DNA of 63,852 nt, filler included, from Octopus bimaculoides (GCF_001194135.2; 5 parts of 4 records of this genome joined end to end with filler, not necessarily neighbours in it); one strand, 5' to 3'. Counted from the whole stretch's first letter, positions 23,950 through 37,443 are shown. Notes: generated by a model not told the origin, from the sequence alone. Program-made: numbers and translations.

Positions 23950-25345
23950 AATCTTTATTATGAGTCAATATAGAAAGTCATACGGGTTTCGTCATCGCTG
24001 TCCACTAACTTTGAATCAACACCGATTTCCAAACGATGTTGGGTCTAATAGTACCTGAGTGAAAAGATTGCATTCAAGGGAAGTAAGCCGTTCAGAAAAT
24101 GATGCAATTAGGTTAATATGATTAATAGCGTATGAATGGTATATGGGATGTATGAGGATTAGTGGGATTATTGGTATTAGTAAGGTTAATAGTGTCCTGT
24201 ATTAAGCTGTGTGTTCACGATAAATTGTGGTTGATATTTGTTAATGAAAGTTGCCTCTTTATTGGATCTTTGTTGCATTGAGGTGTTCTGGGAACATTGA
24301 TAAAAGGGAAAATTAGGAAGTTTGGTTTAAGGTTCCTAGTACATCTATTTGTGTGCTCACTGACTTGTATCTGTCTATATTGTGGGAAGCGTTGTTCTTC
24401 GTCTGAAGGACATTCGTGTTTGGTTTATATAGTGGTTTCCGCAATCTAAGCAGGTAATAATATAGATTAGATTTTCAGAGGCACAAGTGAAATTTGACTT
24501 TATCTTAAATATTTCACTTTGTTTGAAGTGAAATTTTTACCCTTCAAACGGTGGGGGCATGTGCCACAGTTAGGTCGCCCGCATTTTTCCACTTTTGGTT
24601 CCATTGTTAAGGGATATAGTCTTGCACCGGTTAATATATTTTTTCAATGATTTCGGTTGCATTTTGCTTTCAATAATTTTGTGTGAGCTCAGAATTTCGT
24701 TCATTGTTTTATTTCCAGTGAGAATGGATAGATTTTGGATGATGGTATTGAATGTCTCATTGTTTTTTTGGGTCATGTGTGGAGATGTATGAGAGTACTT
24801 TTAAATTTGGTGTAATATTTCGGTTAACTTCTCTTAATGTTTGTATGTCTAGTTCCTCTACTCGTTTAATACCATCATCTACTGATGCTGTTAGGTAATA
24901 TCTCCTGATTAGTGTTGATTTAAGTTCACGGAGTCTTGTTTCACGGGTATTGGTATCTGAAACTATGGTACAAATTCTTTTCGCTAGATTATAAGGTTAT
25001 ATTAATTTTATGTGTTTGGGGTGACATGAGTTGAATAATAGGTATTGTTTAGAATCTGTGGGTTTATAAAAAATGTCCGTTTCGATGTTACTATTGACTA
25101 TTTTAATTAGGATGTCAGGAAAGGAAGTTGTTTATTGCTGTGTTCCATGGTTAATTGCATGTTGTTATTGATATTGTTGAGCATTATTTTGAAATCGAGG
25201 AGTTTGTCCATGCTATCGTTCCAAAGTATAACGCAATCATCGAAATACTCCTTTATACTTTGGAATGATAGCATGGATAAACTCCCCGATTTCACAATAA
25301 AGCTCAACAATATTAATAGCAACATACAGTTCACCATGGAACACA
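23950..25345 (-). mobile_element. Penelope-like element: RT thumb plus GIY-YIG endonuclease, 5'-truncated with inversion
   Basis: Minus-strand peptides ILWNDSMDKL..NNIN..LTMEH, DIFYKPTDSKQYLLFNSCHPKH, CLDCGNHYINQT (GIY-YIG-like) and FINKYQPQ; 92-bp inverted copy at the 5' end. Confidence 0.85.
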
Positions 25346-26162
25346 ATCTACTGTGAGAAATTTGCTACAGTGAGAAATTTTCTGTATGACAAAATGCAGT
25401 GAATGGCTTTCTTACGGGTTTGGATATGTTCCAAGCATATTCAAACTAATAATCCACTTGTATTTATACACAACATTGCTTAGCGCTTTTATTTCGTATA
25501 CAAAAATATTTATTTATTCATGTAGACAATACTCATACTACAGCAGAATGGTAACATAAATACAGAAATAATATGCACTACTTTACAAAATTAAACAACT
25601 GACTGTTGATATGACATCCACTTGACCGTGTCTAACATAAGAATCATGAACGCATGCCGCAATCATTTTCACTTGAACATTAGGTCTTAAGAGACTAGAA
25701 AAATTGATGATGGAAGTAAGACATTAACAATTTTATAGAAACAACAATCATTTTGAACAAACTTGAGGGAAAGGAAAACCTTAACTGAAATAAGAGTAAC
25801 ATTAGAATACAATCATGTATGAACGACGAGTTAAATAGAAAAAAACTGTTTCCTATACAAATAGTTAAACACACACACACACACGCACATATTTATGTAA
25901 ATATACTTCTACATTCGTATATATGTATATATATATATATNNNNNNNNNNNNNNNNNNNNNNNNNNNNNNNNNNNNNNNNNNNNNNNNNNNNNNNNNNNN
26001 NNNNNNNNNNNNNNNNNNNNNNNNNNNNNNNNNNNNNNNNNNNNNNNNNNNNNNNNNNNNNNNNNNNNNNNNNNNNNNNNNNNNNNNNNNNNNNNNNNNN
26101 NNNNNNNNNNNNNNNNNNNNNNNNNNNNNNNNNNNNNNNNNNNNNNNNNNNNNNNNNNNNNN

Positions 26163-26209
<47 letters not shown>

Positions 26210-26329
26210 GTATCATCATGTGTCAAATATTTATATTGACTAAATCAGAGATGCATTACTTGAAGTTTCACAGACAAAACTAATATTTAATAGTTCAAAT
26301 TCATATTTCCAACAGACAAAGCAGTTGCA

Positions 26330-27290
26330 GATTTGACATGAAAAGATGTGAGATCGGTACAGACGGCCTATGACTGTCTCATCATATCACCAAGAGAAAA
26401 GAGAAATGAGTACATCACATGTCTACACTACGAAATTAATAATATCATGAAATTAGAGAAATAATTAAACAGATACTCTAAGCTGAATTTAGGGTGACTG
26501 GACTAACCTACTTTATCGACACCTGGAAAGCATCATCCCAGCAGAAAATTATGCATCATCCCAGCAGAAAATTATACATCGTGCAAGCAAGAAAATGCCA
26601 ACACCATTTACAAAAATATTGGCTTTTTGTGAACCTGCGATAGACTCTCCACATTTCGCTTTTTCTAACCAAGACAAGAGGTATCTTCACATTGTGATCG
26701 AAAATGTTGATTTTGTCATATCATTGTGGAAGACCACTCTTCTCATCAACAGCTCTCCAAAAATTTCCGCAAGATATTACCTCTCATGAGACATGATATC
26801 GTCGCTAAAATTGTCCACAGTATAGGAAGATTTATCTTGGTGGCCATACTAAAACAACCACAATGTATGCAAACTTTTCAAAAATAAAGAATACTAGTTG
26901 AATGTTCCCTTAAAAGCAGCAGCACGGTGTAATCACAGTAGGTTGTATATTGTTCGATGGAGTAGAGCGCAACCATCTGTTGTGGAGATCAGCTGTTCAG
27001 CAGATGTGAATGTCACGTCAAACATCAGAGATAAAGAGGACAACTTAAGAAAACTGAGAAGAAACTTACAGCAACTATATCCAAGCTATAGATTTTCATT
27101 TGTTCTTAATATCGTAGGTGCACTGGGCCATGTAACAACAGATTTGCGTAAGACCATGGAGATGCTAAGAATATTCAAAATCAAAAAGAACTGAGCCGAT
27201 TGATTCGCATTCTTGAAATAAAGTCAATTAGTGGTACAGTAAAAAAATTTTAAAACTTCCTGCAGATTCTACAATTGAGGTTCCTAAGCT
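26330..27290 (+). pseudogene. RLE-type non-LTR retrotransposon (R4/Dong-like) 3' fragment
   Basis: RHDIVAKIVH, WNVPLK, VVEISCSAD, LQQLYPSYRF and IVGALG motifs of the CCHC/restriction-like endonuclease region; 23-bp tandem duplication at 26530-26575. Confidence 0.8.
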
Positions 27291-27934
27291 GAACACATAC
27301 ACATAATCACATCTACATACAGAGTGCATACAGACACATTAACACTAGTGAGGCATATACACGTGTATTTGAGTGCCATGCACACCTAATATATGAGTGG
27401 AAGTTTTTATCCCCAGCATATGTATGAATACACTAACTAATTCAGATATCCATAAACTCAAAGAGCTGTCATGAAATAAACAAATAAAGAGCCTTGTCAC
27501 TTCGTTAGTGCTAACGAAGCGACAAGGCTTTATTTTGTTTATTTGAATTTTACAAAGAAAAAATAGTGGGGTAAACATACATATTTTATCTATTAATGAA
27601 ATGATTCTTGACAGCCAGTCGGAATGTTTTTCTTACAGATTAAGGTGTAAGCTCTCACGAATCAGTTCTTTAATAAATAATTATTAACACCATTTTGAGT
27701 TCTTTGTATGAAAGTGATTTATAGTTAATAACTAAACTTTCAAGTACAATATGTATATTCACATACATAACTATCTATCTATATGTATATATGTCTATGT
27801 ATATATGTCTATGTATATATGCATGTATACATACTCATTTATTGTGCTTTTAATTATTAATTTTTGTATATGTGATAGTGGATTTTCATCGATGAGTTCT
27901 TGAAACTTGGTTATTTTCCCTAAAACTATATATT

Positions 27935-27985
<51 letters not shown>

Positions 27986-28047
27986 TATATGTACGTATTT
28001 ATGTATGTATGAATGCATGTATGCATACATATATCTATATAACTACC

Positions 28048-28510
28048 AGGTGCCTTCAAAAAGTATCCAACATTATTTTTCCCGCCAAACCTAATGCCAC
28101 ATGAGCAAAAGTGTGGAAGGTGATGCCACTCTTTTCGCGCATGCTAGAAACAGCCACATGACTGAGTGCATCGAGCAGAACCTACGTCTCATCACTAGTA
28201 ATGATGGTCTTCATAAAGGCTGGTTCGTGATTTACATAGTCCAGTATACCCAGTGCGACTTCCATGTTGTGTTGGTTCTGCTGCTCTGCCAGCAACATGG
28301 GGACGAATTACGCCGACACTCACCGCATGCGCAAATTCTCTGTTAAAACAGAATGCACTGATCTTCTGTTCATTTCCAAGCTAATCTTATCTAGTTTTCA
28401 TTTCCTTCTCCTAATGAGATGTCTTAACACAAATGTTGGATGATCATTGACGATACTGAATTTATTTGCCCTTTAAGAAGTCTTCTTTTTGTCCTGCAGT
28501 GTCCAACAAA
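28048..28510 (-). mobile_element. Mariner remnant (internally deleted)
   Basis: Minus strand reads ENLRMR*VSA*FVPMLL, the mariner WVP/FVP linker; TIR-like CCAGGTGCCTTCAAAAAGTATCC near 28048. Confidence 0.65.
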
Positions 28511-28764
28511 AACACCCCTCTTGGATGGGGTTACCGGTTTAGTGTCTGACAGTGCGACCGTTCAATAAGTTAAACTGGGTTACATATTTTCTTTAGCACT
28601 AAGAATGACTTGTGATGTATGTATGTATGTATGTATGTATGTATGTATGTATGTATGTATGTATGCATGTATGAATGTATGTATCTATGTATGTGTGTGT
28701 ATGTATGTATGTATGTATGTATGTATGTATGTATGTATGCATGCATGTATTTACAAGGAAACAG

Positions 28765-28847
28765 TTCACGGTAACTTCAAAGTTCCAGTTCAGTCGCTTT
28801 CGTCAGATTGAAAGGAACCTGAAGCGAAATTTCGAAGTCACTGTGAA
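28765..28847. other. 83-nt imperfect hairpin (~37-bp arms, 8-nt loop)
   Basis: TTCACGGTAACTTCAAAGTTCCAGTTCAGTCGCTTTC pairs with GAAAGGAACCTGAAGCGAAATTTCGAAGTCACTGTGAA. Confidence 0.6.
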
Positions 28848-28903
28848 GCTTTTACTTGTAATAATGTTATTGGTCATTTACATAAATACAAGCAATATAT
28901 CTT

Positions 28904-28964
<61 letters not shown>

Positions 28965-29361
28965 GTAGATAGATAGATAGATGGATGGATGGATGGATGG
29001 ATGGATGGATGGATGGATGGATGAATGGATGGACAAACGAACGGAAGACGGACGAATGGACGGACGGGTGAACAGACAGTCACATAGATATATGCACTCA
29101 TCGGCACACAACATCAATATGTATATATGTGTGTATATATATATGGTGTGTATGTGTGTGTATACATCTATTTATGTGTGTATATATATGTATGTGTGCG
29201 AATATATATACATATACATAAATGCAAACATGGATGCATATTGCATGCATAATATTTATACATTTATATGTATGTCGGTGTATGTGCATGTGTGCATATA
29301 TTAACACATATAAGTATGCGTATATATAAGTATATTCATTCATATACGTGTGTGAGTGTGT

Positions 29362-29418
<57 letters not shown>

Positions 29419-29506
29419 CTCGTGTGTATGTGTGCGCGTGTATGAGTGTGCATAGACACATCCATATGATTATGTACAAACACACATGCACATAATGTTA
29501 TTTAGA

Positions 29507-29547
<41 letters not shown>

Positions 29548-29562
29548 TGGTAGGTAGGTAGG

Positions 29563-29629
<67 letters not shown>

Positions 29630-29986
29630 ACAGACTGTAAATATTTAATTTATTTTCTATATTTTGGTAACATGTTAGGAATACTCAAAAATATTCGTAA
29701 TCTCGTTGCGACAGATCGATACAACAGTATCAACATATGGTGATATTGATTGAAGTCGCATCGCTCGCAGTACTCCCAGTTGTCACCAAGGTGATGGATT
29801 CAGAAGACCACAATATCACTGATTTTCCGAACAATTCCCATGAAAATATCGATATTTTTAAGATCTGCAATTGTCTTTTCGTTAACAAGTTTACTAGTAT
29901 TCAAAATGAAATAAAAATTTGTGGACTGATACATTATATTTCCATATGTATCCAAGAAAATAGTGCAAGCCCTAAAATAACATCGG

Positions 29987-30060
<74 letters not shown>

Positions 30061-30084
30061 NNNNNNNNNNNNNNNNNNNNNNNN

Positions 30085-30176
<92 letters not shown>

Positions 30177-30295
30177 CGCAGACAGTCAGTCAGTCAGACA
30201 GACAGAGAAAGAGAGAAACAAAGAAAAAAGAAAACGTCTATACATGTGTGTATGTATATCCATAAGCACATATATATGCATACATATATGCTCGC

Positions 30296-30327
<32 letters not shown>

Positions 30328-30992
30328 NNNNNNNNNNNNNNNNNNNNNNNNNNNNNNNNNNNNNNNNNNNNNNNNNNNNNNNNNNNNNNNNNNNNNNNNN
30401 NNNNNNNNNNNNNNNNNNNNNNNNNNNNNNNNNNNNNNNNNNNNNNNNNNNNNNNNNNNNNNNNNNNNNNNNNNNNNNNNNNNNNNNNNNNNNNNNNNNN
30501 NNNNNNNNNNNNNNNNNNNNNNNNNNNNNNNNNNNNNNNNNNNNNNNNNNNNNNNNNNNNNNNNNNNNNNNNNNNNNNNNNNNNNNNNNNNNNNNNNNNN
30601 NNNNNNNNNNNNNNNNNNNNNNNNNNNNNNNNNNNNNNNNNNNNNNNNNNNNNNNNNNNNNNNNNNNNNNNNNNNNNNNNNNNNNNNNNNNNNNNNNNNN
30701 NNNNNNNNNNNNNNNNNNNNNNNNNNNNNNNNNNNNNNNNNNNNNNNNNNNNNNNNNNNNNNNNNNNNNNNNNNNNNNNNNNNNNNNNNNNNNNNNNNNN
30801 NNNNNNNNNNNNNNNNNNNNNNNNNNNNNNNNNNNNNNNNNNNNNNNNNNNNNNNNNNNNNNNNNNNNNNNNNNNNNNNNNNNNNNNNNNNNNNNNNNNN
30901 NNNNNNNNNNNNNNNNNNNNNNNNNNNNNNNNNNNNNNNNNNNNNNNNNNNNNNNNNNNNNNNNNNNNNNNNNNNNNNNNNNNNNNNNNNNN

Positions 30993-31070
<78 letters not shown>

Positions 31071-31410
31071 ACTATTTCTGTGGAATGTAGTCTACAGCTA
31101 CGTAAAAAGCGCCTTTAAATGTGAATTGATTTTACTAGGGACTCATCACGCTGTGCGTGATGACTGAGATATATGTATGCAAAGATAGATAGATAGATAC
31201 ATACATACATACATACATACATACATTAGAATATGTAATTTTTGACACATACGCACACACACACACACACACAATCACATATACTCACTCACTGACATGC
31301 ACACTGACACTGACACACATATGAGCACACACGCACACATACAAACAAATGTATATATATACACATATATATAATAAATAGTGAATAATATATAGTGTAT
31401 ATCTTTACAG

Positions 31411-31420
31411 ATATTTTTAC

Positions 31421-31458
<38 letters not shown>

Positions 31459-31468
31459 GTAAAAATAT
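31411..31468. repeat. Palindrome centred on (TA)n
   Basis: ATATTTTTACAG-(AT)n-CTGTAAAAATAT. Confidence 0.85.
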
Positions 31469-31603
31469 GTGATACTTATTCGGTAGCCCTGATTAGACTG
31501 CGANNNNNNNNNNNNNNNNNNNNNNNNNNNNNNNNNNNNNNNNNNNNTTAATTAATTAANNNNNNNNNNNNNNNNNNNNNNNNNNNNNNNNNNNNNNNNN
31601 NNN

Positions 31604-31661
<58 letters not shown>

Positions 31662-31734
31662 TATGTGCAGATTTGCATGTTTTATGTTTGTATTCTCATG
31701 CATATAGCTGCATATCTAGAATGCTCGTATATAT

Positions 31735-32295
31735 TTAAATGATAAACTTCTGGAAAGTTTTACAAATTTTTACAGTTCCAGCGATGGACTGGATCTGTTG
31801 TCTTCGAGTTAGCTTTCTCCTTTCTGGTTTCGAGAAGCCTAATTTCTTAAGATTGGTAATTAGGCAGTGTGTTACATATCTCAGGGCCCCAATTATTACA
31901 GGTATAAACCTGAACTTGTAATCTGGATAGAGTAACTGCAGATTTCTCAATGGGTGTTCTCTTTTTCACTGATTATCGCCTTTATGTTAACATCCGCTGG
32001 GCAGCTAATTTCCACAACTGTGCACAGTTTCTCTTCTCTATCTCAAATCATTATATCAGGTCTGTTGTGCTTACNNNNNNNNNNAGTTTCTCTTCTCTAT
32101 CTCAAATCATTATATCAGGTCTGTTGTGCTTACATTTTATTGAGGTCTTCACTGGGACATTCCACCAGTATTCCTTTTTCTTATAAGCGGCTATGGCTTC
32201 TACCATATTGTGGGTCCTTATGTCTTTGTTTTCGGAATCATCCTTCCGACGAATTTCATTATAGAGTGTCCTAGTAACAACGTCATGTCTCATCA
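31735..32295 (-). pseudogene. RLE-type non-LTR retrotransposon (R4/Dong-like) 3' fragment
   Basis: MRHDVVTRTLY..WWNVPVKTSIKCKHNRPDIMI, VEISCPAD, LQLLYPDYKFRFIPVIIGAL and IAGTVKICKTF. Confidence 0.85.
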
Positions 32296-32317
32296 TGACG
32301 TTGTATGTATGTATGTA

Positions 32318-32383
<66 letters not shown>

Positions 32384-32434
32384 CGCGCGCGTTTATTTGT
32401 ATATGTGTTTGTTATGCTGTCATAACCTAGGTGT

Positions 32435-32570
32435 TCAGCAAAAGAGATCGATAGATTCAGTACCGTACCAAACTTTAAAAAAGTTAGTACTAAGGTCGTT
32501 TTGTCCGAATAAATCGTTGAAGGCGGTGCCGAAGTATGGCTGCCGCCCAATAACTGATAGAAATAAAACA
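32435..32570 (+). mobile_element. SINE family A 3' fragment, diverged
   Basis: AAAAGAGATCGATAGA..GAAGGCGGTGCC..ATGGCTGC resembles the family-A 3' module. Confidence 0.55.
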
Positions 32571-32699
32571 TAAAAGAAAGACATAACATATAATAGCTTC
32601 ATTTGTTTAAAAGATCTAATATAGATTTTCTTATGACTGCAGTGGAGAAGTGGTGAAAGAGCATAACATTTTTGTTCGGTTAATATACAGAAATACTGT

Positions 32700-34300
32700 G
32701 GTTTATTCAGTATTCTGAGCTTAGAGTTAAATAGAATGCAGATCTTGATTTTGAAGAAGAAGTGCACTTCAGTGACATATTCAAGGTATGATTTTCTAGA
32801 AGTTATCCATAGTAACACCAAGCCTGAATGTTTGTTTACGGTGACACCTAGTGTTTCTCCCAGGATGCTATCGCACCTACTCATTGCTAATTCTTTATAT
32901 ATTGTTAAGGAGGAGCATTCTATTAGTAATAGGTGGTGCGCGTGAGATGATATTCTAGAAGCCAGGCACTCGGTCTGGGTATTTTCTTGACCAAGGACTG
33001 AAAATCTGTGAAACAGATAACCTGTGGAAAAGTGCTTGAGTACGAGGCTACACTTTCTCACTACGCCGTAATCTCTGCCTTACAGCATACCAAACCTACC
33101 TTCCAGAGAATGCTGGTAATATATGGACTGCTTGACAAAAGGAACGCATTCCTAACACAGGAAAAGGAAAAGTAGGTGCTCCAATTTCGACTGAGTGGGA
33201 CTAGGGCACGACATGGCGGTGGATAGCAAATGATGTCGGAAGCGATGTAAGTATTCACCATCTCGTCCCAATCTATCCGGAATAGCTTCCGCACAGCTCA
33301 TTTCTAAATGTGGCTGGCCACCTTGCTCGTAACCTCTCGTTAGATCTGGTCCAAAGTAGATCCTCAGCTGTTTAACCAGTCCCTATGTCCAGTGACCCTC
33401 TATGCTGTCCAACGGCATAGACTTATGTCTCCAGGTGCCAAGCTGCAAACCCACCGAATTGTCTTGATTTACTTTGTCACTGCCTCACATTTCTTTACAA
33501 TGGTATCGACAATATCTAATTCTCTGATGCCCGACAGTGATGTTATCTACACACGCCGAAACAGATCTCTAACATCCTAGCTTCAAAGAAATGCCTCGCG
33601 ACAGTATTAACTTCCTTAGCTATGGCTCGAATACCAGCACTTATAGAAGAGACAAATGAGGACATTCTTGATGCTTCAAGCGCGCAATATAAACAGTTTC
33701 CGAGGTGTGACCGTTCACTCTAATCAACGAGTAAATATCACTGCGATTCATCCTCTTTAACAAGTACTTTTATAACTACTCCCAAGTAGCTATGGATGAC
33801 CTCATCGAAATTGTTCAGCTGATCCAAACTAACTAGTTCCCCATTTTTGGCCAAGTTTGTTTTATCATTCTGTCAACGATTTATCTCGTGAGGTAAGAGA
33901 TTACTGCGAATAGATCTAATGGGGACTACACATTATTGCGTTTTTCAGATCAAACAGCCAACGATAAACACCAAGCTGTTTGCTAATATCTTGGCAAAAT
34001 CCTAAAATCTTCATTTAGCAGTGTTATGGGATTGTTGTGTGTAGGTCGAATGACCATTATGCAAATCGCTCCACCGACCTCCTAATAAATAAAGCCGGGC
34101 ACACAGTTTTCTTCTGTCTAGTGGTTATGTCCAAATAGGTTGTGTGGTGGACGAAGCTGAAAGGATTGAAGGCAGACATCTTCCCCCTTGGTCAAGCTCT
34201 CATCGACCTATTCATGTCCCACTTGAAAAGAAAAATGAAGGTAAAGTTCTGCAGATGAATTTGTGAAAAGGTAGCTGACTGTGGTGAAAATGGATAGAAT
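32700..34300 (-). pseudogene. Tx1/L1-clade LINE ORF2 remnant
   Basis: Minus-strand DQLNNFDEVIHSYL (cf. DQSKAFDRVDH), IRVNGHTSETVYIARLKHQECP (cf. VRQGCP), LSLL*VLVFEP*LRKL and CVDNITV; many stops. Confidence 0.7.
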
Positions 34301-34590
34301 GGGTGGAATTTCTCTAAATATGTACCCGTAGCTCGGGGAATAGCATTTGGAAAATGGCTCATGTCCTTGCTTGTCGGGCTGATCTATGGGGTTCTTTGAT
34401 GGGCCCCAATTAGACGTTTTCCAGTATCAGAAAGACTGCAGAATTCACGTATTTATACGAGTCAACTGATTTTGCCTTAGAATTACTTTAAGGGTATATA
34501 GGTTCCTGGAATCATCAGCAACGTACACGTTAATTCATTGAGCAAGTGATTCAGTTGATTAAACAACTTGAGACCGACGGAAATCTGCTT

Positions 34591-34634
<44 letters not shown>

Positions 34635-34699
34635 ATGTCTGTTCATTCGTTACCGAGGAAGACCAGTGACCATTAAGAACATTGTACACTCAGACAAAT

Positions 34700-34900
34700 T
34701 TATACTTTACACTTGTCGTTTCGCATGTTATTCGTGAGCCTCGCCCTTGATAAACAAACACTTCTGCAGAAACGACAGACTAAGATTCCCACATTCCCTG
34801 CACTGGCATTAAATAGAACACATACCTTTATTTTGAAGAAGTGCACTTCAGTGGCATATTCAAGCTGAGTTAGAATAAGAACAGTAATAAACGAGTGAAG
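34700..34900 (-). pseudogene. Second fragment of the same Tx1-like family
   Basis: Shares TTAAATAGAA..ATTTTGAAGAAGTGCACTTCAGTG.CATATTCAAG with about 32726-32786. Confidence 0.55.
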
Positions 34901-35523
34901 AACAGATATATAGTACGTGTTTTTATTTGGAAAAAATTTTTTAAATGACCGTCCCGAAATACAACTATACACNNNNNNNNNNTCCAAAAAGACATAAAAC
35001 CTTTGAGAGTGTACACTCAAATAAATTAATACTCTCTCATTGATATGTACACATTTTATACCTCTTCCCAAGACAGGGAAAAACACAAAATGTATCAGTT
35101 TTGAATTTTATATACGAGCTATTTAGTCGTTTATGACACACTTAGCAGAGGCCATCGTTATTACAAGGGAAATAACCCTTAAAATTATGCTACGGAGTTA
35201 CGGTTCATGAATTTTTGTTTTTTTAAATCTTCAGCTCGATAACTCATAGGGGAGTATGGAGTGTTTCTACTGTTTGAAATCGAATCTTTTATCGTCTAAT
35301 AATCATTGCTTTGCAGGTTAGTAGTGTATAATTCCTCATTTAATGATCCTATGTATGTATGTATGTATATATGTGTGTATGTATGTATGTATGCATATAT
35401 GTATGCATATATGTATGTATGTGTATACGTATGTATGTGCGTGCGTGCATGCATGTTTGTATGTGTGTGTATGTGTGTATGTATGTGTGTGTATGTATGC
35501 GGTTTATCATTTAAGCTCACATT

Positions 35524-35922
35524 AAGGCGGCGAGCTGGCAGAAACGGTAGCACGCCGGGCGAAATGCTTAGCAGTATTTCGTCTGCTGTTACGTCCTGAG
35601 TTCAAATTCCGCTGCGGTCGGCTTTGCATTTTATCCTTTCAAGGTCGATAAATTAAGTATCAGTTAAGCACTGGGGTCGATGCAATCGACTTAATCCCAT
35701 TGTCTGTCTTTGTTTGTCCCCTCTATGTTTAGCCCCTTGTGGGCAATAAAGAAAGAAGAAATGTTAGCACGCCGGGCGAAATGCTTAGCAGTATTTCGTC
35801 TGTCTTTATGTTCTGAGTTCAAATTCTTCCGAGGTCGACTTAGCCTTTCATCCTTTCAGGGTCGATAAACTAAGTACCAGTTGCGTACTGGGGTCGATCT
35901 AATCGACTGGCCCCCCTCTCCC
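35524..35922 (+). mobile_element. Head-to-tail SINE family B dimer with two different 3' tails
   Basis: Copy 1 (35524 to about 35757) ends TTAATCCCATTGTCTGTC..GGCAATAAAGAAA; copy 2 restarts GAAATGTTAGCACGCCGGG and ends GGCCCCCTCTCCC. 35595-35922 is repeated at 36385-36712. Confidence 0.85.
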
Positions 35923-37063
35923 NNNNNNNNNNNNNNNNNNNNNNNNNNNNNNNNNNNNNNNNNNNNNNNNNNNNNNNNNNNNNNNNNNNNNNNNNNNNNN
36001 NNNNNNNNNNNNNNNNNNNNNNNNNNNNNNNNNNNNNNNNNNNNNNNNNNNNNNNNNNNNNNNNNNNNNNNNNNNNNNNNNNNNNNNNNNNNNNNNNNNN
36101 NNNNNNNNNNNNNNNNNNNNNNNNNNNNNNNNNNNNNNNNNNNNNNNNNNNNNNNNNNNNNNNNNNNNNNNNNNNNNNNNNNNNNNNNNNNNNNNNNNNN
36201 NNNNNNNNNNNNNNNNNNNNNNNNNNNNNNNNNNNNNNNNNNNNNNNNNNNNNNNNNNNNNNNNNNNNNNNNNNNNNNNNNNNNNNNNNNNNNNNNNNNN
36301 NNNNNNNNNNNNNNNNNNNNNNNNNNNNNNNNNNNNNNNNNNNNNNNNNNNNNNNNNNNNNNNNNNNNNNNNNNNNNNNNNNNNCCTGAGTTCAAATTCC
36401 GCTGCGGTCGGCTTTGCATTTTATCCTTTCAAGGTCGATAAATTAAGTATCAGTTAAGCACTGGGGTCGATGCAATCGACTTAATCCCATTGTCTGTCTT
36501 TGTTTGTCCCCTCTATGTTTAGCCCCTTGTGGGCAATAAAGAAAGAAGAAATGTTAGCACGCCGGGCGAAATGCTTAGCAGTATTTCGTCTGTCTTTATG
36601 TTCTGAGTTCAAATTCTTCCGAGGTCGACTTAGCCTTTCATCCTTTCAGGGTCGATAAACTAAGTACCAGTTGCGTACTGGGGTCGATCTAATCGACTGG
36701 CCCCCCTCTCCCAGAATTTTGGGCCTTGTGCCTAGAATACAAAAGGATTATTTAAGCTTACGTCGATTCCTCCGTGGTGTGGTTTTGAATTCATAATAAG
36801 ATAACCACATACAAATTATAAGAATAATAACAAAAGATATACGGTACAACACTGTTTCTACTTCGCGGATTTTTATCTATCACGAGGTTTTGGGAACGTA
36901 AGACCTGCTATAGTCGAGGTATTACTCTATGTGTATGTCTAAAAATTCCCTTGCATTATCTGTCTTTTGGGAGTTGCCTCCCTTAATTGCTAACATACTG
37001 TTAGGTACGTACACAGATATGCAGGAAGTAAATAGACACCTTTAATTTTCAAAATCTTTTATT

Positions 37064-37443
37064 TCATATTAATTGGTTGGAGGAGAGGTTTTCTTCTAGC
37101 TGCTCGTCCATAATACCCAAGCTTATGTAGATATGTAACTCACGTTCGTAGACTAACTTCTAGCTGTTTTTCAATGTCAGAAGCCTTCGAACGGGGTTCG
37201 TTTTCCACAATTCTCTTCAAACAGCGAAGCTTCCTTTCCGAGGACTCAGGTCGGCCGGGACGAGAATCTGTTGATTCTTTTCCTTGGCTTTTGAATTGCA
37301 CTATAATTCTATTAACTGTAGCAAGAGGAATTTGAAGATTTTCGGCAATTTTTCGCTGGCTAAGACCAGCTTCAGATTGCCCAACAATACGACCTCTTTG
37401 AAAATCTGACAGTTCTGATGAATGTTTTTGTGCGTGGCATGGT
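37064..37443 (-). pseudogene. Tc1-family transposase N-terminal remnant
   Basis: [58 protein letters not shown] (paired-like HTH, GRP and RRKP motifs); catalytic domain absent. Confidence 0.85.

Noticed and set aside
23950-24100. Expected hammerhead at the 3' end of the large Penelope-like element
   Set aside because: Only GAAAC found; no CUGANGA in a compatible position.
29737-31167. 476-aa and other long ORFs in the track (e.g. 41682-42668, 46240-47303, 54098-55493)
   Set aside because: Length comes from N runs and dinucleotide repeats (VCVC, YIYI, ERER); no protein signal.
31504-31603. TTAATTAATTAA flanked by 44 N on each side (also 41456-41467, 49178-49189, 56993-57004)
   Set aside because: Identical 100-bp cassette with stops in all six frames: an artificial scaffold-join linker, not biology.
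32026-32133. 49-bp direct repeat around a 10-N gap
   Set aside because: Overlapping contig ends.
35595-36712. Apparently identical 328-bp duplication on both sides of an N gap
   Set aside because: Most likely unmerged contig overlap or haplotype duplication; needs long reads to be counted as real.
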